Below, piece after piece: positions 1 to 14,206 of a stretch of DNA of 64,000 nucleotides. This DNA comes from Eledone cirrhosa (Eukaryota): assembly GCA_964016885.1 (NCBI GenBank), contig OZ024741.1, forward strand, positions 113,088,001 through 113,152,000, written 5' to 3'. Under the pieces are notes generated by a model. It was not told where the DNA came from. It searched no databases and saw only the letters and a program-made list of their open reading frames with translations. The position numbers and the translations under genes were made by a program. Position 1 is the first letter of the stretch. The number at the start of each line of letters is the position of its first letter.

Positions 1-55
<55 letters not shown>
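1..55. repeat. (TA)n microsatellite, representative of dozens of (TA)n/(TG)n arrays across the window
   Basis: Directly visible. Similar arrays lie at about 990-1085, 1849-1935, 2240-2315, 5520-5580, 10170-10225, 13048-13200, 45990-46380 and 46740-46960, and they explain the YIYI/CVCV ORFs. Confidence 0.99.
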
Positions 56-57
<2 letters not shown>

Positions 58-710
58 ATTCTCGGACCCTTCCAGTCGAGAGATATCCACACTGTTATCC
101 TTCTCTTCTCCACATTTGCCCGACCCCACCTTGAATACTCTTGTCCACTGTGGTCTACCCATACGAAACAGAGTATCATGAAATGTCAATTACAAAAAAG
201 ATAGATGGCATGTCAGGCCTTGACTATTGGGGTCGACTAATAAAACTCAAATTTCATTCTCTCCAATGTTGCCGTGAGTGCTACATCATCTACATGATGT
301 GGAAATATTCCATCACCTTTGCTCAAATGATGTTGGCATCACTGTTAAGGAACACCCAAGGCTTGAGCCCCATGTTATCCGCCCACAACAAGAATCATGC
401 TCACATCTCATAACAACAATGCGGCACAATTATTTCACCTCAATTAGCCCTGCTTTCTTTAACATTACACCAAAACACATTAAAACAGAAACAGACCCCA
501 TATGTTTGAGAAGTCTTTGGACAAATTCCTTCAAGAAATCCCGGATAAACCTCCTACACCCAGATATGTCTCTGTAAACAATAACTCTCTACTTGAGTGG
601 GTCATGGTGTCCAAATCCTGGTTTGAAAGACTTCACTAAGTGGTGTTATTAAGTTAGACATGGCCTGGGCCAATACTGGCTGAAACCTATCAGAGTTATC
701 AAAGTTAAAG

Positions 711-712
<2 letters not shown>
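56..712 (+). mobile_element. Decayed 3' fragment of a CR1/L2-group LINE (post-RT C-terminus plus 3' UTR)
   Basis: ORF 141-413 ITKKIDGMSGLDYWGRLIKLKFHSLQCCRECYIIYMMWK resembles the CR1/L2 C-terminal motif Y.ERL..L.L.SL..RR.R. It is frameshifted downstream and flanked by (TA)n on both sides. Confidence 0.7.
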
Positions 713-749
<37 letters not shown>

Positions 750-864
750 ATATGTGTATATATAAACATATATATATATGCATTATATATGTATATATAT
801 ATGCATTATATGTATATATATATGCATTACATATATACATATATGTATATACATTATATATATA

Positions 865-976
865 TCCGTCTAAACCAATGCTAGCGTGGAAGATATGTTA
901 AACGATGATGATGATGACGATGATATATATATATCATCATCATCATCATTTTATGTCCTCTTTTCCCTGCTTGCAA
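865..976. mobile_element. Two very short RTE 3' ends arranged tail-to-tail: family B (+, 865-923) and family A (-, 934-976)
   Basis: ccgtctaaaccaatgctagcgtggaaga...gatgatgat matches the end of the RTE at 34318. catcatcat-tttatgtcctcttttccctgcttgcaa matches the end of the RTEs at 15147, 27530 and 60300. Confidence 0.75.
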
Positions 977-980
977 TATG

Positions 981-1076
<96 letters not shown>

Positions 1077-1080
1077 ATAT

Positions 1081-1845
1081 ATATAAATGAAAGGTATAGA
1101 AAACATTGTAGCAAAAAGCCAACAGTATTCCATAATATATAAGTGACTATAGCGTCAAAATGGGAAAAATAGTTAACGTAAGATGTGGGAAAAATAATTC
1201 AAACTCAACTCAAAGAGAATCAGGATATAGATTCATCCACAGAATTTAGTGAAATCCAAGGAAAAAAATCAATAGAGCCTTAACTCATGATAAAATAAAG
1301 TTTAAAAACTCATCCTTCAATTTGGAAAAACTTCAAATGCTCTGTATAGACTTAAAGACTATTTCACGAAAACTTTCAGTGGAGATGGTCACGGTTGGAA
1401 TCCGATCTTCAGCAGAGCTCAACTCGATAACCAAAATTCTCACAAATTAATATGCCAAAAGGGAATTTAAAACAGGCTAGTTCACCATCATGCGTGATTA
1501 TGAAAAATGAAACGCACATGTGGAAAGACGGGCTGGTGACGTCAGAATGAGACGAATGTTTGTCTACAAGAAACAACAGTCAAAAAACATTCCGAAAAAA
1601 ACTCTACAATAAGGAGTTCAGCAAAAAGCAATATTATCGCGGTTTTTCATAAAAAAATACCGGCATTAGTCACAAATAATTTAAGCACTCTAGGAAAGAA
1701 ATCCGAGTATAAATATATAAATGTAAAGTATAGAAAACATTGTAGCAAAAAGCCAACAGTATTCCATAATATATAAGTGACTATAGCGTCAAAATGGGAA
1801 AAATAGTTAATGTAAGATGTGGGAAAAATAATTCAAACTCAACTC

Positions 1846-1847
<2 letters not shown>
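1081..1847. repeat. 133-bp direct repeats (1081-1213 and 1715-1847) bounding a roughly 500-bp unique segment; partial-tandem, pseudo-LTR-like structure
   Basis: Near-identical repeats atataaatg...aaactcaactcaa, with (TA)n on both outer sides. The Penelope-like assignment is inferred from architecture only. Confidence 0.6.
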
Positions 1848-1940
<93 letters not shown>

Positions 1941-2197
1941 TATAGATATGTATATATATGTATGTATATATGTATATGTATATATATAAAGTGTTAAAAC
2001 GATCAAATTGTTCAAACGATCATAATATTCTAAACTAAAATTTAATCGTTTTAACACTTTGAATCTCGGCTCTGTAAAACACTTGAAAATTTGCATTAAA
2101 CCTTTTGTTATACCGGTAACCGGCTAGTACTTGGTCTTACCCTACATAATTATAGTTATATAAAACATATATAAATATAAATATTCTTATTACTATG

Positions 2198-2234
<37 letters not shown>

Positions 2235-2239
2235 ATATA

Positions 2240-2324
<85 letters not shown>

Positions 2325-2330
2325 TCTTTC

Positions 2331-2369
<39 letters not shown>

Positions 2370-2427
2370 ATATATATATATTTATATATGAATATATGTA
2401 TATATATATATATGTATATATGTATAT

Positions 2428-2741
2428 GGAAGCACATGGCTTAGTGGTTATAGCATTGGCCTTGCAATCGAAAGGTTGCGAGTTCAATTCTCAGACCGGG
2501 TGATGTGTTGTTTCTTTGAGCAAGACACCTTATTTCACATTGCACCAGTTTACTCAGCTGTAGAAATGAGATGATAGGGAGGGGGGTCCATATCATTCCA
2601 CTGCAAAGTGGTCGTGGAGGTGCCAAGGCAAAAAAGCAGGAAGGGCATCCAGCTGTAGAAATCAAGCCAGAATCAGTTCCCGTCCCACCCTTGCAAGCAG
2701 GGGAAAAGCGGACGTAAAATGAAATGAATGAATGAAATGAA
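2428..2741 (+). mobile_element. tRNA-derived CORE-type SINE with RTE family A 3' tail
   Basis: Box A-like tggcttagtgg and box B-like gagttcaattc; CORE-like ttgagcaagacaccttatttcac; tail cccgtcccacccttgcaagcaggggaaaagcggacgtaaaatga shared with the RTE-A end. Confidence 0.85.
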
Positions 2742-3059
2742 TATATATATATATATATATTTACATATATATATATTTATGTCCATATATATATATAGTT
2801 AGGGAAGCAGAAAATTGCTTTTTGTGATCCAGTTCGTGGTTAAGAAATCCAGTTTCATGGATGGTTTCAACGTACGGTTAGGGGTAACTCCACAAGTTTG
2901 TAAGAATTCCTATTTTGAAAATTTGGACTGTGAACAACAATTATAATTGAGTGGCTGCTATTTGCAATATAGCAATATAAGGTTGCACTTACCAATGAAA
3001 CGGTCGTAAATACCTGGATAAAATCCTTCTTTTAATGCTTACCTGTGTTTTCTCTTTTA

Positions 3060-3124
<65 letters not shown>

Positions 3125-3270
3125 GCTCACAACTCAACCACCGCCATCACAAGGCACAACTCCATACCTCAACAATCATTAACTTCATTAACATCGCCAA
3201 CACATACCTTCCCTCTCGAACCAACGCAAGTGTGTGTGTCTGTGTGTAAGTATATTTATATATATGTACG

Positions 3271-3311
<41 letters not shown>

Positions 3312-3791
3312 ATCTGTATGTGTGTATATGTATGTATGTGTGTGTATGTATGTGTGTATGTATGTGTATCCAATGATGTTGACTTGTTCTTCTTTTTGGT
3401 AAATATCATCTTGGTTAAGAGAGTGGGACTGGCTTTGTGCAGTGCCTTTGCTCACTATAAAAGCTTCAGGGCACAGGCATTGCTTTATATCTGGAGATCT
3501 CTCTGCACTTGTCGTCACATGGTACCATGGGCCCAGCACTATGTGTCAATAATTGTCACAAGTGTAGTGTTTGTACCAGAGTTTTCAAGTCGCTGGCTGG
3601 ACTAAAAAGTCACACTCTTTCAGCGCATCGGCAGGGGTTCTCCTACATGGATATAAAGTAGTGGCCGTACTCGAAAACGAGTTGGCAGCCACCATGTGTA
3701 TGTATATATGTCAGTATATATGCGCATGTATATGTATACAACATATTTGTCAGACTAAGAGTGTCTAGGTATGTATCTCCCTATGGAATTG

Positions 3792-3966
3792 ACACAATGC
3801 ACGGTTGCGGCCACTCATTCATGCGTGTAGGGTTAGTACCTTGGGAAAATTGTTCTTCCTGAGGAACTCCCCCCCCCCCCCCGGGAGCGACCCACACAGG
3901 AAGAACAATTATCCCAAGGTACTAACCCTATACGCATGAATGAGTGCCCGCAACCGTGCATTATGT
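3792..3966. repeat. Foldback/palindrome with 70-bp inverted arms (3792-3861, 3897-3966) around a C-rich spacer; MITE-like
   Basis: The arms differ at 4 of 70 positions when aligned by eye. Confidence 0.85.
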
Positions 3967-4399
3967 GCGTATACTGGGACTGCGTGAATGTACACACTCA
4001 TGTGAACGCAACGTAATACTAATACCCCAGGATGGATTGATAAATGTCGAGTGTATGCTTAAGAGTATATTTGTATATATTCTCTTGTATGAGTGCACAT
4101 GTGTATATAGACATACACGCGCATCCAGAAGTATAAAAGTGTGGGTGGGTATATATGTCTGTACTAAGGGATTCGCCTAAGCTCCAAAGCCCCCAAGCTA
4201 TTGCTGTGAAGATTTATATCACACTCTACCTTTGTCTAGTCTAAACAATAACTTTTCCAAACACCCACTTTACTTTTCTTTAAAAATAACACCCACCTAG
4301 TTTTATGTCTGCCTTATACTTGGATATGGGGGCCTCTGTTGTATATATATATGAACTTGTGCGTACATATATATATACACACACACCTGTATGGATTTG

Positions 4400-4696
4400 T
4401 GTGTGTAGATGTGTGTGTGTCTGAGGGGGTAGATGTGAGTGTATGTACAAGCCAACCAACATAAGTCTTTTTATTTCTAAATTTTCTAAACTATCTAAGT
4501 ATTTGACTATAACCATTATTTTAAGTATTACAACCCCACATTAATTCCTCAATTTGTATGTGTGGATGTGTGTGTGTGTCTGTGGAGGTGGGTGTGAGTG
4601 TACGTGCAAGCCAACCTATATAAGTCTTTTTATTTGTAAATTTTTTACTCTAACCATAATTTTCAGTAGCACCACTCCACATAAATTCCTCAATTT
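4400..4696. repeat. Tandem duplication of a roughly 150-bp unit within a putative Penelope-like 3' region
   Basis: caagccaacc...ataagtctttttattt...ccacattaattcctcaattt occurs twice. Confidence 0.7.
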
Positions 4697-5002
4697 AAGA
4701 ATGACCTGTAATATCTATTTCATACTATTAACCTTAATTGAATATATATCTGACCATGAATGCTCTTTGTGAAAATCAGTCATATGGAACTATTGTCATC
4801 TTGCCTGACGGTTTGGACTTTACAACACCACCTGCCTCTTTGAGGTCAAATACCAACCCTACTAGCATCTACAAACTGACCAATAAGAATTAAGACTATT
4901 CCTGCTGACAACATTAAATTATTCCTAACAAGCTCATATGTCCCAAGGCTCTGATATCATCAACACTATAAACACAGAGCTGGCATATCTAAGAACTGAC
5001 TA

Positions 5003-5058
5003 ACTGCCTGATGAGGTCATAGCCATTCAATGGCTATCATCGAAATATATATAGCAGT
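5003..5058 (+). ncRNA. Type I hammerhead ribozyme, minimal, with palindromic stem III
   Basis: ACUGC-CUGAUGA-GGUCAUAGCCA(UUCAA)UGGCUAUCAUC-GAAA-UAUAUA-UA-GCAGU: intact core, 5-bp stem I, long stem II. Confidence 0.85.
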
Positions 5059-5149
5059 AAATAAAGGATTATGAGTTCATGCAATTGACTTATGTTTCGT
5101 CACTATATATATATATATATGTGTGTGTACATATACATGTGTAAATGAA

Positions 5150-7397
<2,248 letters not shown>

Positions 7398-7417
7398 TAT
7401 TATATATATACTTATAT

Positions 7418-7737
7418 GGAGGCACATGGCTTAGTGGTTAGAGCATTGGCCTTGCAATCGAAAGGTTGTGAGTTCAATTCTCAGACCAGGTGATTGAGCA
7501 AGTCACTTTATTTCACATTGCTCCAGTTTACTCAGCTGTAGAAATGAGATGATAGGGACTGGGGTCCATATCATTCCACTGTAAAGTGGACGTGTAGGTG
7601 CCACGGCAAAAACCACCCAGCACTCACTGTAAATGAGGTTGGTGTTAGGAAGGGAATCCAGCTGTAGAAATCAAGCCACAATCAGTTCCCGTCCCACCCT
7701 TGCAAGCAGGGAAAAGTGGACGTAAAATGATGATGAT
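7418..7737 (+). mobile_element. tRNA-derived CORE-type SINE with RTE family A tail (same subfamily as 2428)
   Basis: Collinear with the copy at 2428; ends ...aaaagtggacgtaaaatgatgatgat. Confidence 0.85.
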
Positions 7738-7790
7738 ATATATATATATAATATATATGTATATATATATATATATACATATATATTATA

Positions 7791-9525
7791 CTATCATTAA
7801 AGCCCGGCGTTGCTCGGGGTCATTAAGTTACCAAAGTTAGGTTGCACCACCCATTTTATGGCAGCACTTTTTTGTCTGCCAGGCATTGGGTGAATGAATT
7901 GCAGACCTGGAAGCATGAGCTGCGCCAGCAGTGACAATTGTAGTTTCGCCTATGGATATTATCTCCGTGCAAAAAAGTGTTGAAATTTATTGTTTCACAG
8001 TACTTGCGCAACACGCGCGTAGACGATGCCAGCCGAACAACAGAGTTGCTGCGATGGAGTTGTTCTGCATGGTTGTCTGTGTGTTTTCTAAATTTAAGAC
8101 AGTAGGGAGGGTTGTGATATGAGGGAGAGTTAGCTGTTGTTTCTAGCAGGTTTAGTGACCTCATAGAGGATATGTGTTTTCTAAATTTAAGACAGTAGGG
8201 AGTGGTGTGATATGGGGGAGAGTTAGCTGCTGTTTCTAGCAGGTTTAGTGACCCCATAGAAGATATGTTTTCTAAATTTAAGACAGTAGGGATGGGTGTG
8301 ATATGGGGGAGAGTTGGCTGCTGTTTCTAGCAGGTTTAGTAACCTCAAAGAGGATATGTGTTTTCTAAATTTAAGACAGTAGGGAGTGGTGTGATATGGG
8401 GGAGAGTTAACTGCTGTTTCTAGCAGGTTTAGTGACCTCATAGAAGATATGTTTTCTAAATTTAAGACAGTAGGGAGGGGTGTGGTATGGGGGAGAGTTA
8501 GCTGCTGTTTCTAGCAGGTTTAGTGACCTCATAGAGGATATTATTGTTTATCATTATCTATAAAAGGCAGATTGTTGTTGTTGTTGTTGTTGTGTGTGTG
8601 CACATGTTCCATGTTTATACATTTGCACAATTTCAAATCGATTCGACTCAAAGTCTGTAAGAATCCACGTTCGTTGACAGGTTTTAAAAAAGATTTATCG
8701 CTTGTTGTTGAATAAATGTATCTGTTGCTTCTGAATAATTGTCGTTTCGTATGAAATGTAATAATTGTTTCTACTTTTTTGGCACAAGGCCAGCAATTAC
8801 CCAGTACATTACTGATACTTTATGTAATAATAAACGTTCTCTCTCTCTCTCTCTCCCTCTCACTCTCTTCTCTCTCTCTCTTCGGCAATCACGCACGTTG
8901 TTTAATTGCTTTAAATGTTGTTAATGAATAGTCGTGTATTTGTGGTTATGAATCCCGCACGTTGTTTAATTGCTTTAACATTTTTTTGATCAATTTATGT
9001 GAGTGTGTGTTTGTATGTGTTTGTAAATAAATCATTAAGTTTGAAGCAACTAAAAGTTAGTGTGGTTATAAATCCCGCACGTTGTTTAATTGCTTTAAAT
9101 GTTTTTTTTATCATTCTAAGTGAGTGTGTGTTTGTATGCGTTTGGAAATAAATCAGTAAGTTTGAAGTATAAAAGAGAAAGTAGCAAAATGTGTGGGTTG
9201 TAGATAGAGGTAAGCAGATGATATCAGAGAGTAAAACAGACAGTATCACCATCAAGCTTGGAAAGAGAAAGTAGCAGAAAGTATGAAGTTGTATAGATTG
9301 TGAATGGTAATAGAAAGAGTTTAGCAGTTTAAATGAGAGAGAAAAATCGTAAAATATTGAGTTTTATCTATTTTTTGCGTAATTGTGGGTGAAATTGAAA
9401 AAATTATATGTGCCAAGACGCAATCGGAGGTATTTCGAATACTGAATTGTAAATTTCAATTGAAGAAATTCTATATCGTAGATTTCTATAACAAAGGAGC
9501 ATGTCCATACACTGAGCTTTATAGA
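7791..9525 (-). mobile_element. Non-autonomous Helitron-like element
   Basis: Minus-strand 5' end A|TCTATAAAGCTCAG at 9525. 3' subterminal hairpin CCCGAGCAACGCCGGG (7803-7818), followed by ATAG|T, one mismatch from CTAG. No TSD. Confidence 0.7.
8079..8541. repeat. Tandem repeat, about 92 bp x 5, inside the Helitron
   Basis: Unit tgttttctaaatttaagacagtaggga...gttagctgctgtttctagcaggtttagtgacctcatagaggata; explains the repetitive ORFs 7856-8257 and 8223-8441. Confidence 0.95.
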
Positions 9526-9551
9526 TTATGATATATATATATATATATATA

Positions 9552-10139
9552 TTATGAAGAGAGAAGGAACATTTAGATATAATTAGTAATAAAATGTATC
9601 ATACCTAAACTGCTCCTAGATTCCTCGACTACATAGTTTCGTGGCATAAACAAAAACAATACATCATAAAGATATAGAGCCCCTGCGAGGTCTGCCGACT
9701 TATCAAGAGGATACCTAATTTTACTAGCTTCAAGAACGCGTCCACACGACGTGAGAAAGAATCCCAAAAGGCGGAGGGGGAGATAGTCACGCGATATAAC
9801 GTTCGAGAAACAGAGCTAAGCCTCTTATAACCCCGAAGAAAATACCACGGAGGCGGAGGGGGTATTTATATCGAAGCCGTAGAAGAGGTGGTAAAGGAGG
9901 CGAGAAGTATGAGTAATGGCAGCTTTCCAGCAGTCACCACACTTCAAAGATTACTCGACCAGAGGGAGTTATGAACAATATATTTAGAAACACACAGATA
10001 CATGCGGACACACACATATACATGAATGCATCCACATCCAACCGTGAGTTAATGGTGCCAACCTTACCGATGTTGCTCAATGAATGACTGGGACAGACCA
10101 ATCCGGTTGAACTAGACTGAACCAGTATCAGAGTTAAAA

Positions 10140-10140
<1 letters not shown>
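9552..10140 (-). mobile_element. Penelope-like terminal-repeat fragment carrying an HHR; a second, deleted copy lies at 14205-14389
   Basis: 9552-9767 aligns to 14205-14389. Both copies abut (TA)n at their 3' ends. Confidence 0.6.
9622..9711 (-). ncRNA. Type I hammerhead ribozyme, U3-A8 core variant
   Basis: Minus strand UCCUC-UUGAUAA-GUCGGCA...UGCCAC-GAAA-CUAUGUAG-UC-GAGGA: 5-bp stem I, GUC cleavage triplet, near-palindromic stem III. Confidence 0.75.
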
Positions 10141-10234
<94 letters not shown>

Positions 10235-10325
10235 ATACAGATATATATATATATGTATATATATAGAGATATATATATAAGATAAAATAAATAAGTCAAA
10301 TGTTTAAAATTTAGCTTCGTTTATT

Positions 10326-10380
10326 ACTGCTATATATATTTCGGTGACAGCCATCTTTGGCTGTGACCTCTTCAGGCAGT
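10326..10380 (-). ncRNA. Type I hammerhead ribozyme, same subfamily as 5003
   Basis: Minus strand ACUGC-CUGAAGA-GGUCACAGCCA(AAGA)UGGCUGUCACC-GAAA-UAUAUA-UA-GCAGU. Confidence 0.88.
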
Positions 10381-10646
10381 CCGAATTAGTGTGGTATAGA
10401 CAAGTACATATGTTGTTGAGGTGTATAACCTTGTCAATACTCTGATATGCCCAGTTCCTGGTTGGGTTGTTATTTCACTGAGGAACTGGAATCATATTTT
10501 ATTATATGTTATTTCACTGAGGAACTGGAATGATTATTTTATCTTATTTTACATTACTCCGGAGTAACCAAACCAACCTGCACACTTCGTCGAGTGCTCC
10601 AATCTGCATACTGAGGTGTTGGTATACAACCAACATATACTCAAAA

Positions 10647-10698
<52 letters not shown>

Positions 10699-10702
10699 AT
10701 AC

Positions 10703-10756
<54 letters not shown>

Positions 10757-10802
10757 ATATAATACATATGTATATATAATACATATATATATATGTATAT
10801 AT

Positions 10803-11111
10803 AATACAGAGTACCCGACCTCCCATGGGTACAAGATGTAGCATATAGACAATATGCCCCCACACCCACCCACTGCAAGGTGGTCGTGGAGGTGCCACGG
10901 CAAAAAAGCACCCAGCCCACACTGTAAAGTGGACGTGTAGGTGCCACGGAAAAAGCACCCAGCACTCACTGTAAATGAGGTTGGTATTAGGAAGGGCATC
11001 CAGCTGTAGAAATCAAGCCAAAATCAGACACTGCCCACAACAGGACAACCCGTCTAACCCATGCTAGCATGGAAGAACGGACGTAAAACGGTGATGATGA
11101 TGATGATGATG
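10803..11111 (+). mobile_element. RTE family B 3' fragment
   Basis: Reverse-complement match to 34318-34655; (GAT)n tail. Confidence 0.85.
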
Positions 11112-11122
11112 ATATATATATG

Positions 11123-11193
<71 letters not shown>

Positions 11194-12055
11194 GTATGTA
11201 TCGCTATAAAGCTTTCTCCGATATTGTATTTATATATATATGTATATATATATATATGAATAAAGTTAGTCCTTCATCAGTGATCTTCCAACCATCATTG
11301 GTATTTCATCGCTTTAAAGACCATATACCTCCGGTTGGTGCGAGCAACGGCTAAAAAAAGTCGTTGGGACACGAGTGTAAACAAACAAAAATGGTGAAGC
11401 AACGAAAAATGAGGAAGAAGGAGTCAAGTTCCAAATTTCTACTGAATTTAAATTCGGTGAAATCGTGAACGAGAGAGAATAAAGACCATCAAACCTGGTT
11501 GAAATGTGAGCAAGGAAGGAATTTCGCACAGGTCTAACGGGAGGAATCTGTGAATTCGGTAAACATAAGTTCTGTGAAATCGTAGACGAGAGAGAGAGAA
11601 AAAATGCCGACCGGCCTGGCCAAGCGTGCGAAAGAAAAGAATTACGCACAGGTCAAACGGGAAGAAGGAGGAGGAGGAGGAGAGGTAGTAACAGAGAATG
11701 AGTGAGTGAAGGGTGAGGAAGAGGCTAACAGAGAGAGTGACTGCTAGAGAGGGTAAAGATACAGAAAAAGAGGAAGCAGTAAGAACGAAATAGACGGGTA
11801 ATAGCAGGGGAAAAAATATGTGTATATATATATATGTGTATGTATATATATATGTGTGTGTCTATATATATATGTGTGTGTGTGTATATATATATATGTG
11901 TGTATATGTGCGTGTGTATATATATATGTGTGTGTTTGTGTATATATATATATATATACACGCACATACACACATATATATACACACACATATATATATA
12001 GACACACACACCACACACACATATATATATATACATATATGTATATATATATGTA

Positions 12056-12116
<61 letters not shown>

Positions 12117-12652
12117 TATATATATATGTACATTATATATATACATAACTGTATGATAAAGGTATATCTGTATACATACAGAATGGCTAACTGAAACTAC
12201 ACCGATGTGTATATAAATATATACATATTAATATGTAGGTATTTAAACATGCTAAAAAATAAGAATTTCCCTGTAAAATGAATCGAGTTTTAAACCTAGC
12301 TGGGTTTAAAATTCGTGTATATCATCCAAACAACCCCAAGGAAACATGTATTTGATTGGCCTATATACCCATTCACTCTTAGTAGTAATCTGATATGTCA
12401 TTATAGATAGAAATATAAAATAGTTGTTATTTAAGAGCAGAAGAAAGTATGATATACATAATAGCGTATAGAACAAATTCAAGTATGCTATCTTTGCACA
12501 GTGTACCAAATCAGTTGTTTCAAATATTTGATAGCCTTCAGTATGTCATGTATAATGGTCCGTTCCCTAATAAAATTTCATTAAAATTGCAGCTTTCAAT
12601 CGAGAAATACATCTCCCTTTTCTCTATTTTCTCTTCATTAAATTAGGTTCAT

Positions 12653-12837
12653 GAGGGCGGTGAATTGGCAGTATCGGTGGAGGGTCGGACATGCTTTCCA
12701 GCACAGTTACGTCCCTTTACGATCTGAGTTCAAATCCCGCCAAGGTTAACTTTGCCTTTCATCCTTACGGGGGTCGATAAAATAAAGTACCAGTAATGTA
12801 CTGGGTAATTGCTGGCCTTGTGCCAAAAGTAGAAACA
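12653..12837 (+). mobile_element. tRNA-derived SINE with a Meta/MESC-like central domain and a 16-bp TSD
   Basis: Box B-like gagttcaaatcc; central motif aggttaactttgcctttcatccttacgggggtcgataaaataaagtaccag; TSD attaaattaggttcat at 12637-12652 and 12838-12853. The domain name is recalled from memory. Confidence 0.85.
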
Positions 12838-13043
12838 ATTAAATTAGGTTCATATTATTCTTCTGTCGATGTACAACAATCAATCATACTTGCTAGGTTC
12901 AATATTTGTATTTTTGCCTTTGTTTTTATTTATTGTATTTGCCCTGCCTTTTTATTTTCTTGTGTGATGTATTGAAACACTTGTAAATCATTAAATATTT
13001 TAAGAACTCTTACCTATCATTTAAATTTGTCTTATAATGTGTG

Positions 13044-13193
<150 letters not shown>

Positions 13194-13426
13194 TGTGTGT
13201 GAAAAATAAATGGAAAACAACAAAATGATACCGTACAATGAATATATATATTAGTATAATGCTTGATGTAGATGGAAAATATTTTCCAATTTCGGACGTT
13301 AGTCCTTCATTGGTAGATAGAATAATAAATAAAACAAGAAATAGGAAGATGAAGGAGTGTGAGAAGTGGAAGAAATGAAAAACAAAAATTTGGAGAGAAA
13401 GCACATGTATGTTCAGCTCCCCATTT

Positions 13427-13467
<41 letters not shown>

Positions 13468-13561
13468 CCAATGATCGTTGGCAAATCACTGATGAGGGAC
13501 TAATTTTATAATATGTAATCCATGTGCAACCATGCAGTATTCTTCTCCCCATGTTTTTCAG

Positions 13562-13594
<33 letters not shown>

Positions 13595-14065
13595 TCAGTA
13601 TGTAGATTGGTACCGAGTTTGATTTTTTTCATGCTGGCTACTGGCCCCTTTTTTCAATGGCTATTTTAGCCAATTTTCTAATTCATCATTAATAGGAAGA
13701 AACTGTGTATACAGTTATTTTCTATGTTTGAGATTTCTACATTTTCTTAGAGTTTTGATCCATTTAATGCTCGAATAGTTTATTTTCAAAATATTGTTTG
13801 GAAATGCGCAAAGAATAGATTTAATTATGTAATAATACAAACCTGTTTTAACATTTCTATAAAGACATATATATGATACATTCACATACAGACATACATA
13901 CAACCACATATATAAATATATATCATATATTAATCAAAAGGTTAATTAGTTTCTAATACTTAAACATCTCAATGAATGGATAACATATATAGATATATCA
14001 CTCAAGAGAAGCAATATTATGTATTAAATTTATGATCAATATAGGCTCTTAGATATGGAAAATAA

Positions 14066-14147
14066 CTCCCCTGAAGAGTTCATAGATTCTTCCAATATTG
14101 GTTATTCCAATAATTGTTTCGTCCATGAACGAAACCATAGTAGAGAG
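14066..14147 (+). ncRNA. Type I hammerhead ribozyme with extended stem II
   Basis: CUCCC-CUGAAGA-GUUCAU...AUGAAC-GAAA-CCAUAG-UA-GAGAG: intact core, one mismatch in stem I, inner hairpin UAUUGG/CCAAUA. Confidence 0.78.
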
Positions 14148-14169
14148 AAGTATATAAAGATAAGATTAA

Positions 14170-14206
<37 letters not shown>

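Noticed and set aside
649-1114. [16 protein letters not shown] and poly-L/I/S ORFs here and throughout the track
   Set aside because: They are translations of microsatellites and have no coding signal.
2080-2130. HHR-like words ttgaaaa...gtaaccggctagta
   Set aside because: GAAA is altered and stem II does not pair convincingly; at best a decayed relic.
2428-2500. tRNA gene
   Set aside because: The tRNA-like head runs directly into a SINE body and LINE tail, and it occurs in several diverged copies.
2911-3010. HHR-like ttgaaaa-tttgg...ccaat-gaaa-cggtc
   Set aside because: Stem I cannot be formed in register.
5081-5103. Minus-strand GUGAC-GAAA-CAUAAG-UC half hammerhead
   Set aside because: The 5' core is absent (truncated at a microsatellite), so it was not counted as a ribozyme.
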